Of a stretch of 64,000 bases of DNA, positions 50,921 through 60,006 are shown in pieces (position 1 is the first letter of the stretch; each line of letters begins with the position of its first letter). Source of the stretch: Candidatus Latescibacterota bacterium (GTDB lineage: Bacteria > Latescibacterota > UBA2968 > UBA8231). The stretch lies in contig OZ244561.1 of NCBI GenBank assembly GCA_965217585.1, forward strand, positions 2,624,001-2,688,000. The letters are read 5' to 3'. Below the pieces are notes generated by a model that was not told the origin of the DNA, ran no database searches, and saw only the letters and a list, made by a program, of their open reading frames with translations. A program made the translations under genes and the position numbers.

Positions 50921-51379
50921 ATGTGCATTCGCAAGGTGGCCTTATGGATTGTCGCCATTAGTTTGTCGAGCGCCGCGGTGCTCGAAGCTCAGCCAGGAGG
51001 TAGGCGTGGCGGCATGGGCGGCGGCATGGCACCGGAGCAGGTTTTTGCCCTACTGGCCTTTGATGAAAAGTTCAAGGTGACCGACAAGCAGCTACCCGCG
51101 CTGCGGCAGGCGCTTAGGCCGCTATACGTCGAGCAAAGGCAGATGTTGGCGGAAATGTTCAGTGGCGAGGTCGATTTTCGGGCTATGCGCGAGAAAATGC
51201 GCGAGCAGCAGACCAAGATGCGCGACAAGATCATGACCGCGCTCGCCACGGCGTTAGACGCCGAGCAGATCGAAGCCCTAAAGGCGCATCTACAGCAGAG
51301 GCAGCGCCAGCGCGGTGGGCCGCGGGGCGGTGGTGGGCCGCGAGGGGGTGGAGACGGTCCGCAGGGCGGCGGGTTTTAG
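50921..51379 (+). CDS. Secreted helical protein (Spy/CpxP-like) with Gly-rich ends
   Basis: Signal peptide; xTDKQ and LDAEQ motifs; M/R/E-rich helix; GGPRGGG tail. Confidence 0.6.
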   Translation: MCIRKVALWIVAISLSSAAVLEAQPGGRRGGMGGGMAPEQVFALLAFDEKFKVTDKQLPALRQALRPLYVEQRQMLAEMFSGEVDFRAMREKMREQQTKMRDKIMTALATALDAEQIEALKAHLQQRQRQRGGPRGGGGPRGGGDGPQGGGF

Positions 51380-51386
51380 AATATTC

Positions 51387-53669
51387 TCAACGCAACAACA
51401 ACATTTTCCGCGTCTCCACCAGCACTCCAATCCGCAAGCGGTACAGGTACACGCCGCTGGCCAGTGCAACCCCCGCGTCGTTGCGGCCGTCCCAGGTTAT
51501 CCGATAGTGTCCTGCGGTCCGGACGCCTCGGACTAAGGTGGCGACCTGCTGGCCGGCGATGGTGTACACGCTCAACTCCACGGCCTCTTGGTGGGGTAGG
51601 TCAAAGGCAATGGCCGTGCTGCTGTTGAAGGGATTGGGGTAATTTTGGGACAGGGTGAACGCGGTGGGCCTGTCAGCGGTGAACTCCTCGGCTACGGCAG
51701 TGGTCGGTTGCCCGAAATACGCTTCGGCCAGCGCAAAAGCATCCACGCCAATGCGGGCACCGATAGCCCGACCGGGAATATCATCGGCCGGCGGATGGAT
51801 ACCTCCCCATATACGCGACAGGCTGGTCTGATCTGCGGCGTCGCGGTAGGTGGCCCATTGCAACACCACATCGACGCTAGGGCCTTCCTCAAAAACGAGA
51901 AAGCTGTTGCGCTCGGCGCGAAATTCGCCTAGGCCCCCCGGGAAAAAGGGATCGCCGGTGAGCAGGGTCAAAACCTCGGCGGCAGCCCGCGAGAAGGTGG
52001 AGTGGCCTGAGATGTAGCCAGCAAAGGGCGGGGTTACAAACGAGGCCCGTTGGTACGGCCACCAGTTCTCGGCCAAGATCCAGCCGACGCCGGCCAAGTC
52101 GATGTCTGGATCGGCGATGTAGGTCGGCCCGCGCCAAGACTTCAACTTGATTTTGCCGATGTGATCGCCCTCCTCGCCAGCAAGGGGATCGTCGGCTTGG
52201 ACCAACTCGATATAGCCGTCGATGAGCGGCAGACCAGCCGGGTCGTAACGCGGTAGATCGGGATCGGTGCTCTGGCCGCGGTCGGCCATCCAGCGAATGG
52301 CCGAAATGGGGCGGACATAGTCGTACCAGCCCTTGAGACCCCAAGCGGTTACTGCGGCGTCATGCACGGCACCTCCTAGGGCAAAGTAGGATTTGACATC
52401 CCATTCAAGGTCGTCGAGGATCGGCCCCTCTCCTTTGAAGCGCTTCTCAAAGAGGGGATGGTCGCTGACGTAGTTGAGGATGGTAAACCAATGGCCGGGT
52501 GGGGTCTCGGTATCCGGACCATCGGCCCAGAATTCGGCTAGCACTCGGGTGTAGTCGCCGCGCGGTACCCACTGTTCTTCGTAGGGCTGGCCAGTGTGGG
52601 GATTGAGCGGGTGGCCCTGGCCGACGTCGCCACCTTCGAGCAGGTTGTAGAACGCTTGGTACTCGGCGAAGGTCTGGGGCAATTCGGGGGCATTGCCGAT
52701 GTTGCCGGGCGAAATATCCCAGAGGACGCCATCGGCCGGGTCGAGATGGGACGCCCAGAGAGCTACGAGGGCAAAGCCCCACTGATATTCCCCAGAGGCC
52801 AGCTTCAGTTCCCCGATGCGGCCGACGACATCGGGCTGTTGGCCGTCAATGTGGGGCGGCGGCCCGGGATCGTGGTACACGGGATAGTCATGGCCCTCCC
52901 TTTGGTACACGGTCAAATCCTCTGGACCGAGGGCAAAGGGCGTCACCAAACCCCATTCCGCACTGAGGAACGGCGGGGCCGCATCGGGCAAGACATTGCC
53001 GCTTTGATCGATGAACTCCTCAAGTTTGAGGGGCTGCCAGAAGTTGGGGTCGAGGAGGCCGCCGTGGCCCGGCAGGATCGGCTCTAAGGGAGGATTGAAA
53101 GGCATATAGAAGCGGTTGCCGTAGTTGCCGTAGTAGACACTGCGCTCGTTGGCACCGTCCTGCATCCCAAAATCCATCAGGCATTGGGCGATGTAGTTGC
53201 CCAAGGCCGCGGGGTTGCCGTCGGCGTAGTCTGTGGAGTGAAAGGTCGTACTGTAACCCAACTCCCCTATGAGTCGGTTGATTTGGGAGAATGACTGTAC
53301 CCAGCCCGGCGAAAGGCGAAAGCGGAATCTCAGGAGGCGAGCGGCCGCATAGCTCATGGCTTCGCGGCGGGCGGCCTCCACGTCGTCGGGGCGGGGTACG
53401 CCGGAAAAGGAGCAGGTGAAGCCGCCTATGGTTTTGCCCAGCATATAGGTCTGCTCTGGTCCGTCGCTGTATACCGCCCAAGCGTCGTACAGGGCTATAC
53501 TGGTGTGGAAGAGGTTGCGGGCGTGGACCGTGGGTCGAGCGAAGTCGTCGCGGATGGCCGCTAAGAGGACGTCGTTCCACTGGCGTGCCGCCGAATGTTG
53601 GGCCGGGGCCGGAACAGCCGACAGGGCGAAGACGAAGAGTGCACAGGCGAGCAACGTTGGCCGTAGCAT
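51387..53669 (-). CDS. Secreted vanadium-dependent haloperoxidase-like (PAP2) protein with FlgD-Ig/T9SS-type C-terminal domain
   Basis: WGLKGWYDYVRP, PPFAGYISGHSTFS, SRIWGGIHP; C-terminal FTLSQNYPNPFNSST..GVYLYRL..KMLLLR. Confidence 0.85.
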   Translation of the reverse strand: MLRPTLLACALFVFALSAVPAPAQHSAARQWNDVLLAAIRDDFARPTVHARNLFHTSIALYDAWAVYSDGPEQTYMLGKTIGGFTCSFSGVPRPDDVEAARREAMSYAAARLLRFRFRLSPGWVQSFSQINRLIGELGYSTTFHSTDYADGNPAALGNYIAQCLMDFGMQDGANERSVYYGNYGNRFYMPFNPPLEPILPGHGGLLDPNFWQPLKLEEFIDQSGNVLPDAAPPFLSAEWGLVTPFALGPEDLTVYQREGHDYPVYHDPGPPPHIDGQQPDVVGRIGELKLASGEYQWGFALVALWASHLDPADGVLWDISPGNIGNAPELPQTFAEYQAFYNLLEGGDVGQGHPLNPHTGQPYEEQWVPRGDYTRVLAEFWADGPDTETPPGHWFTILNYVSDHPLFEKRFKGEGPILDDLEWDVKSYFALGGAVHDAAVTAWGLKGWYDYVRPISAIRWMADRGQSTDPDLPRYDPAGLPLIDGYIELVQADDPLAGEEGDHIGKIKLKSWRGPTYIADPDIDLAGVGWILAENWWPYQRASFVTPPFAGYISGHSTFSRAAAEVLTLLTGDPFFPGGLGEFRAERNSFLVFEEGPSVDVVLQWATYRDAADQTSLSRIWGGIHPPADDIPGRAIGARIGVDAFALAEAYFGQPTTAVAEEFTADRPTAFTLSQNYPNPFNSSTAIAFDLPHQEAVELSVYTIAGQQVATLVRGVRTAGHYRITWDGRNDAGVALASGVYLYRLRIGVLVETRKMLLLR

Positions 53670-53732
53670 GATCGGGTCCTCTTTTTTCAGCCCAAGCGGC
53701 CCATTAGGGGAATAGCAAATAGGTACTGACGC

Positions 53733-54290
53733 TCACAGCTTCTTCACAATATCTCCAACCCGTATCGCGCCCGGGCGAATGACCTTGGCGTTGACGCCGC
53801 GTAGCTGAAGCTGTTTGCCCACCGGGGAACTGATAAATTTCAGGGCGTCCAGCCCAAAGCGGGCAGCAAATTTTTTACAACCAGTGTGGGGTGGCTCCGT
53901 GATTTGGATCACGGCCGCGCCTAGGGACAGACGAGTCCCGGGCGGCACGTTATCCACGCTTAGGTCGAAGTCGATGTATAGCTGATCCCCTGCTAGGGGC
54001 CAATGCTGCTTCTCTTGGGCCACTAGGGCCATCAAACGGGCGTTGGTCAGCGTGAGCTGCATGTCTGGGTGCGCCGATCCATCTGCGGTTTGTGAGCTGC
54101 CGCGCCGTTTCCAATTGTCGCCCACCAGCCCTTCGGCTAGATCGAGTTCCCCCACGTCTAAGACTTCCCGCGTCTCCGTCTGTGGCCGCCGCACGATCAG
54201 CTCCAACACGCCGATGGCTTTGGGCGACTGACGAATGTCGTCTAGCCCTGCGGTTAGCGTTTCCATGGCTAGGTGTTTTACTTCGGCCAA
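53733..54290 (-). CDS. MOSC domain protein
   Basis: GLVGDNW, GDQL..D.DLS..N..PG, PHTGCKKF..RFG, RGVNAKV; TTG start after AGGAGG. Confidence 0.88.
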   Translation of the reverse strand: MAEVKHLAMETLTAGLDDIRQSPKAIGVLELIVRRPQTETREVLDVGELDLAEGLVGDNWKRRGSSQTADGSAHPDMQLTLTNARLMALVAQEKQHWPLAGDQLYIDFDLSVDNVPPGTRLSLGAAVIQITEPPHTGCKKFAARFGLDALKFISSPVGKQLQLRGVNAKVIRPGAIRVGDIVKKL

Positions 54291-54328
54291 TATCGACCTC
54301 CTGAACGTTTTGTCTGTGTAGGCATCTT

Positions 54329-55474
54329 TTATCGCGGCACTTCGTAGGACCCTGCAATCCCGCTGGACGAGAAGAGCACTTGCCAAAGTTGGTTCGCCCG
54401 AGCGCGGAAGGAGCCAGCGGAGGACAGCAAGTAGAACGTCCACATCCGGTAGAAGCGCTCGTCGTAGTGGGCCTTGAGTTCGCTCCAAGCCGCGTTGAAG
54501 TTGGCGCACCAAGCCATCAGCGTCCGGTCGTAATGCGGGCCGAAGGCATGCCAGTCCTCTAAGACGAAGTGCCCCTCGGCGGCCGTGGCAATCTGCTTGG
54601 CCGAAGGCAGCAGGGAGTTGGGGAAGATGTAGCGTTCGATCCAAGGATCGTTACGGGCCGCCGAGTTGTTGCGACCGATGGTGTGCAATAAAAAGCGCCC
54701 GTCTGGGGCGAGGCAGCGTTTGACCGTGTGCATGAAGATTGAGTAGTTCTTGACGCCCACGTGCTCGAACATGCCGATCGACGAGATGCGGTCAAAGCGC
54801 TCGTCTAAGGCTCGGTAGTCCTGCAAGCGAATCTCTACCGGCAGCCCGCGGCACGTCTCCGCAGCCAGTTTTGCCTGCTCCTTGGAGACGGTGACGCCCA
54901 CCCCTTTGACTCCGTAGCGCTGGACCGCAAACCGCAGGGTGCCTCCCCAGCCGCAGCCGATGTCGAGTAGGGTCATCCCCGGCTCCAGCCCTAGCTTGCG
55001 GCAGCACAAGTCGAGCTTGGCTTCTTGCGCCTCGTCTAAATTGGCGGCGTTGCGCCAGTAGCCGCAGCTATAGATCATGCGCTGGTCGAGCATAGCCCGG
55101 TACAGGTCGTTTCCTATATCGTAGTGGCGCTGGCCGACTTGGAAGGAGCGAGCGGGCGTTTGCAGGTTGAGCAGCCGTGCCCTCAGATAGGGCAAAAGCA
55201 GGTGCCGACCGCGCAACTTCAGGTTCAGCCGGGCGCGCAAGATCCGCGCGCAAAGTTCGTCTAGTTGCGGGCAGTCCCACCACCCATCCATGTACGACTC
55301 ACCCGCGCCCAGCGATCCGTGGCCCAGCACGTGCGCGAACAAGCGGTCGTCGTGGATTTCTATATCCCAAGGCCGATCTCCGCCGATGCGCACATCGGCC
55401 TCCTCTAGCAGTGCTTCTATGCGTCGCCAATTCTGGCGACGGACAGCACTGCGGCGATAGGCGTCCTGATTCAT
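54329..55474 (-). CDS. cfa: Cyclopropane-fatty-acyl-phospholipid synthase
   Basis: GSLGAGESYMDGWW, HYDIGNDL, LDIGCGWG, SIGMFEHVG, YIFP, RMWTFYL. Confidence 0.95.
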   Translation of the reverse strand: MNQDAYRRSAVRRQNWRRIEALLEEADVRIGGDRPWDIEIHDDRLFAHVLGHGSLGAGESYMDGWWDCPQLDELCARILRARLNLKLRGRHLLLPYLRARLLNLQTPARSFQVGQRHYDIGNDLYRAMLDQRMIYSCGYWRNAANLDEAQEAKLDLCCRKLGLEPGMTLLDIGCGWGGTLRFAVQRYGVKGVGVTVSKEQAKLAAETCRGLPVEIRLQDYRALDERFDRISSIGMFEHVGVKNYSIFMHTVKRCLAPDGRFLLHTIGRNNSAARNDPWIERYIFPNSLLPSAKQIATAAEGHFVLEDWHAFGPHYDRTLMAWCANFNAAWSELKAHYDERFYRMWTFYLLSSAGSFRARANQLWQVLFSSSGIAGSYEVPR

Positions 55475-55678
55475 GGCAGCTTCTTCTCGGCGTTATCTGT
55501 TTTTGAGAATTGGCAGCGCATATTATGCGTAACGAGTATGCCGCAAACAACCCTGTGCCAGCGAGCAAGCAGCCGGGGTGCAGGTGAATCGCGCGCTTGA
55601 CAGTTCGCCGCATCCCGCTGCAACTTTCGGCGCGTCGCGAACCATTACGTTGTCAATAAAAATAAAGGCTAGAGATCT

Positions 55679-57277
55679 ATGGCTGAGCGAAAGCCCAATT
55701 TCCTGTGGATTTCATTTGAGGATACCAATCCCCGGTACGGGTGCTACGGCGATGCGGTGGCGCGCACGCCCACCTTGGATCGGCTCGCAGCCGAGGGCTG
55801 CCGCTGGACGCACTGCTTCTCCACGGCCGGTGTCTGTGCCCCGGCCCGGTCGGCCATCATCACCGGCATGTACTCGATCTCCATCGGCACCCACCATATG
55901 CGCACGACCCACGCCAATCGCGCCACACCGGAAATGCCCACGCCGTATTCGGCCGTTGTGCCGCACTACGTAAAGTGCTTCACGGAATACCTGCGGGCGG
56001 CTGGGTATTACTGCAGCAACAACGCCAAGACCGACTACCAGTTTACTCCCCCGCTGACCGCTTGGGATGCGCTCGGCACGCACGCTCACTGGCGCGACCG
56101 TCCCGACCCAGACCAGCCGTTTTTCGCGGTCTTCAACCCCACGCGCACCCACGAAAGCGGCATGTGGCCCGAGAAGTGCCCGGAGCCGGAGTTCGACCCG
56201 GATGCCATCCCGCTGCCGCCCTATTTCCCCGATACCCCCTTAGTGCGTCAAGCCATGGCGCGAATGTACACGCATATTGCGCACAGCGACCAAGAGCTTG
56301 CCCAGCTCCTGCAACAACTCGACGAAGACGGCTTGTCCGAGAATACGTACGTCTTTCACTGGAGCGATCACGGCCCGCTACCGCGCGGCAAGCGCTGGCC
56401 GTACGACGCAGGCATTCACGTGCCCCTGATCGTCCGCGGCCCAGGCATGGAAGCGGGACAGGTCTGCGGGGACTTGGTAAGCACCGTCGATTTAGGCCCC
56501 ACGATGCTCTCGCTCGCGGGGATTGATGTGCCTGCCCACATGCAGGGCCGTGCGTTTTTGGGCCGCCAAGCCCAATCGCCGCGAGAGTACATATACGCGA
56601 GCCGGGACCGGCACGACGAGGCGTACGACATGGTGCGGGCCGTGCGCGACCGCCGCTTTAAGTACATCCGCAACTATCGGCCAGATCTCCCCTACCTGGC
56701 GTGGATCCCCTATCGCAATCGGCACCCCATTGTGCAGGAGATGTGGCGCTTGCACTTGGCCGACGGGCTGGACGAGACGCAAGCGGCCATGTTCCGGTAT
56801 CCGAGGCCGGTCGAAGAGCTGTACGACACCGAAGCCGACCCGCACGAGGTCAACAACTTGGCGGCCAATTCCCAGTACCAGCCGGAGCGGGATCTCCTAC
56901 GGGGAGCCTTGGACGAATGGCTGCGAGAAGTGGGTGACATGGGCCGAATGGCGGAAAGCGAAATGGTGCGGCAGTGGTATCCCGAGGGCCAACAACCGCA
57001 GACGGCCCCGCCGGTATGCGTGCCTATTTGCGCCGACAGTCCCGGGACCGAGCCAGCGCTGGAAGGCGGTACATTCCGCGGGCCGCTGCTGGTGCAGCTC
57101 CACTGCGCCACGCAGGGTGCCTCTGTGGCGTATGCCGTGGATGACCAGCCGCACTGGCACCTCTACACCGAGCCGTTGCGCATGGAAGCTGGGACGACCA
57201 CCTTGTTGCGGGCCAAGGCGATCCGCATTGGGTACCGGGAAAGCCAAGAGACCCGTGCGACCTTCGTCGTAGAGTGA
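55679..57277 (+). CDS. Sulfatase with C-terminal Fn3-associated/CHB_HEX_C-like domain
   Basis: CAPARSAIITG, SDHG, KYIRN; C-terminal L.CATQGASVAY...YTEP..LRAKAIRIGY. Confidence 0.9.
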   Translation: MAERKPNFLWISFEDTNPRYGCYGDAVARTPTLDRLAAEGCRWTHCFSTAGVCAPARSAIITGMYSISIGTHHMRTTHANRATPEMPTPYSAVVPHYVKCFTEYLRAAGYYCSNNAKTDYQFTPPLTAWDALGTHAHWRDRPDPDQPFFAVFNPTRTHESGMWPEKCPEPEFDPDAIPLPPYFPDTPLVRQAMARMYTHIAHSDQELAQLLQQLDEDGLSENTYVFHWSDHGPLPRGKRWPYDAGIHVPLIVRGPGMEAGQVCGDLVSTVDLGPTMLSLAGIDVPAHMQGRAFLGRQAQSPREYIYASRDRHDEAYDMVRAVRDRRFKYIRNYRPDLPYLAWIPYRNRHPIVQEMWRLHLADGLDETQAAMFRYPRPVEELYDTEADPHEVNNLAANSQYQPERDLLRGALDEWLREVGDMGRMAESEMVRQWYPEGQQPQTAPPVCVPICADSPGTEPALEGGTFRGPLLVQLHCATQGASVAYAVDDQPHWHLYTEPLRMEAGTTTLLRAKAIRIGYRESQETRATFVVE

Positions 57278-57290
57278 GATCTGCGGACTT

Positions 57291-58334
57291 ATGACGAGAC
57301 GATTCCAAGCCGACGCGCTGGAGCGGTTAGCCGCCAGCGTTTTTGAGGCCCACGGCACCCCGGCCCAAGAGGCGCAGACTGTAGCCTGCCTGTTGGTACA
57401 GGCCGATCTCATGGGCCTGCCTTCGCACGGGGTATTGCGCGTCCCGCAATACGTAGAAGACATCCGCCGTGGTGTCATTGTGCCGGGCGCGAAGGTATTG
57501 GTGCGAGAGGGTGCTGCCGCTACCGCGCTGGTGGATGGGCAGTGGAATTTTGGCCAGATTGGGGCCGGCCGGGCCACGGAGCTGGCGATTGAACGCGCCC
57601 GGCGGTTTGGCGTGGGCAGTGCCAGCCTGCGCCGTTGCCGCCACGTGGGGCGGCTAGGAGCGTACGCGGAACAGGCCGCTCAGGCCCAGTGTGTGGCGCT
57701 GGTCACCTGCAGCACGGCGGGCGAGGGGCATTGGGTTGCGCCGTTTGGCGGTCGCGAAGGGCGGTTGGGCACCAACCCCATTTCGTTTGCCGCGCCCACC
57801 TCGGACCAACCCGTAGTAATGGATTTTTCAACCGCGGCCCTGCCCGAAGGGCGCGTGCGCCTATACCGGGATACCGGGCAAGCGCTACCTGAAGGCACCT
57901 TAGTAAATCGGACTGGAGCGCCTTCCACCGACCCCGCCGACCTGTACGAGGCCGGGGCGATCTTGCCATTTGGCGGAGTCCAAGGATACAAGGGCTTCGG
58001 CTTGGGCTTCATGGCCCAGATTTTTAGCTGCCTGCTAGGCGAGCCGACTTGGCGCGAGGAGGGGCTGGAGTCCAATGCCAATACGATGTGGCTGTTGGCG
58101 GTGGACGCGGCTGCTTGGGGAGAAGCCGAGCGCTTTCGCGCTGAATTGGACCGCATGATCGCCTATGTGCGCTCGTCAGCGCCGGCGCTTGGCAGCAACG
58201 GGGTGCTGGTGCCGGGCGAACGCGAATTCGCTGCCGAAGAGCGCTATCGGCGCGAAGGCATCCCGGTGGAAGAAGAGGTCTGGTGCCAGCTAGTGCAGGT
58301 CGCCCAAGAAGCCGGCGTGGAGGTAGAGGCATGA
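57291..58334 (+). CDS. Ldh_2 family oxidoreductase (malate/L-lactate/sulfolactate dehydrogenase-like)
   Basis: ADL.G..SHG..R, DG..NFGQ, H.GRLG, GTNPISFA, PFGG..GYKG, VPGERE. Confidence 0.9.
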   Translation: MTRRFQADALERLAASVFEAHGTPAQEAQTVACLLVQADLMGLPSHGVLRVPQYVEDIRRGVIVPGAKVLVREGAAATALVDGQWNFGQIGAGRATELAIERARRFGVGSASLRRCRHVGRLGAYAEQAAQAQCVALVTCSTAGEGHWVAPFGGREGRLGTNPISFAAPTSDQPVVMDFSTAALPEGRVRLYRDTGQALPEGTLVNRTGAPSTDPADLYEAGAILPFGGVQGYKGFGLGFMAQIFSCLLGEPTWREEGLESNANTMWLLAVDAAAWGEAERFRAELDRMIAYVRSSAPALGSNGVLVPGEREFAAEERYRREGIPVEEEVWCQLVQVAQEAGVEVEA

Positions 58335-59086
58335 ACGAAGAATTGCAGACCGCCGCCGAGCATCTACACGCGTATGGGTACTGCGTGCTAAAAGACCGCA
58401 TACCCCGCGAGGCCGCCTTGGCGTTGGGCCGCCGCTGTCTGGCGCTACACAGCGACCCGCGTTGCCTGGACTATATCGTGGGCGACGAGCACTATCAGAC
58501 CTTGTTCGGTATGCTCAACCAAGACGACGAGGTTTGGAGCTGTGCCTTCCACCCGGACCCCGTGGCCCTTGCGCGGCACTTTTTGGGGCCGCGTTGCCGC
58601 GTCGTTGAAGCGTGCTCTAAGCCGACTTGGCCTGGGGCACCAACTCAGCATTTACACGTAGATTCTGCGGGCGCGTTTGCCCAAGTGCCCGATGTGCCGT
58701 GGATGATCAACAGCATCTGGATGCTCACGGATTTTACCGCGGCCAACGGGGCCACCGGCGTCGTGCCCATGAGCCATCGGTCGCGGCGGCCCGCTCCGCC
58801 ACCCGATATGGGTGCTGATAGCCCGTTGATCAAGCCCGTAGAAGGCCGCGCTGGTTCCGTGATGCTGTGGCACGGGGGGCTTTTTCACCAAGCCCGGGCC
58901 AATCAGAGCGAGGACGTGCGGATCGGGCTGAATATCGCGTATTACCCGCCTTGGTTTAACAATTGGATCGAAGGCGGCCATCAGCCTCTGTGGCCGGAGA
59001 CGTACGAACGCATGCCCGATGACTTTCGCCGCCTGTGCCCGGGGCTGTTGGGTCGCCGCCGAGCCGATCGCTATGAACGGCGGTAA
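58331..59086 (+). CDS. Phytanoyl-CoA dioxygenase (PhyH) family
   Basis: LHVD, W.LTDFT..NGAT.VVP.SH, GSV..W.G.LFH. Confidence 0.9.
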   Translation: MNEELQTAAEHLHAYGYCVLKDRIPREAALALGRRCLALHSDPRCLDYIVGDEHYQTLFGMLNQDDEVWSCAFHPDPVALARHFLGPRCRVVEACSKPTWPGAPTQHLHVDSAGAFAQVPDVPWMINSIWMLTDFTAANGATGVVPMSHRSRRPAPPPDMGADSPLIKPVEGRAGSVMLWHGGLFHQARANQSEDVRIGLNIAYYPPWFNNWIEGGHQPLWPETYERMPDDFRRLCPGLLGRRRADRYERR

Positions 59087-59172
59087 CTAGCGAGCGACAA
59101 GTCCGATCGGTAGCTGCCGCAAGCCACTTCTGTTGCCGTGATGCCATCGGCGATTCGAGAAAGGAATTCCCC

Positions 59173-59916
59173 ATGAAAACAGTAGTCTTCGGTGCCGCCG
59201 GTTGGCTCGGCCGCGCCGTCTTGCAAAACCTAGCTGGCAAGCACGATATCCGCGCCTTTGACTACGGGCCCCAAGCTTGGGAGGCGTATCGCGACACAGA
59301 CGGCGACTGGAACGACGGCGAAGTGATCCACGGCGATTTGGCCGATTACCACGCGGTGGAGCGGGCCATTAGCGGCGTGGATTGCGTCATTCACACGGCG
59401 GTTTACTTCGTCGGCGATCCCAACGACGACAAGCCCTTCCTCATCAATCTCAAGGGTTTGTGGAATGTCCTGCAAGTGGCCCAAGAGCAGGGCGTCCGCA
59501 AAGTAGTACACATCGGCTCGTGCCAGACCGTGCATCCCGAGGGAATTTTCTTTTCCTCGGAGGTACGGCGCCCCGACGGCAGTCTGTACGCGGTGTGCAA
59601 GCGACTACAGGAGGAGATGTGCCGCCAGTTCCACGAAGCCTTTGGGCTGCCCGTCGTGGTCTTGCGGCCCGACTATATCGTGGATTCGCGCTTGGGGATC
59701 GGCAAATACCGGGAACCATTGCAGAACATTCGCAACGGCTTTGTCTGTCGCCACGATTTGGCCGAAGCCTGCCGACTGGCCTTAGAAAGGGACGAGGTGG
59801 AGTTTGACGTATTGCACGTGGTCGGCACGCCCGAAGCCGACGCCACCTGCAATACGGCGCGGGGCCGGGAAGTGCTGGGCTTGGAATACAAGGGGAATTT
59901 GGACCAGTACCGCTGA
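59173..59916 (+). CDS. NAD-dependent epimerase/dehydratase
   Basis: GAAGWLG, YAVCK. Confidence 0.85.
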   Translation: MKTVVFGAAGWLGRAVLQNLAGKHDIRAFDYGPQAWEAYRDTDGDWNDGEVIHGDLADYHAVERAISGVDCVIHTAVYFVGDPNDDKPFLINLKGLWNVLQVAQEQGVRKVVHIGSCQTVHPEGIFFSSEVRRPDGSLYAVCKRLQEEMCRQFHEAFGLPVVVLRPDYIVDSRLGIGKYREPLQNIRNGFVCRHDLAEACRLALERDEVEFDVLHVVGTPEADATCNTARGREVLGLEYKGNLDQYR

Positions 59917-60006
59917 GCGCAGAGGACGTTGCGACGAACGGTCCCGTTGACACTGTTTAACGCCGACTCTTCCTTCGAGACCTTACTTATGAAGAGAGGA
60001 GAAAGC

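Noticed and set aside
53733-54644. 303-aa long form of the MOSC ORF
   Set aside because: The extension overlaps cfa in another frame; AGGAGG plus TTG at 54290 gives a typical MOSC protein
55516-55529. Short palindrome CGCATA-T-TATGCG upstream of cfa
   Set aside because: A single short instance, not assignable to a regulator and compatible with chance
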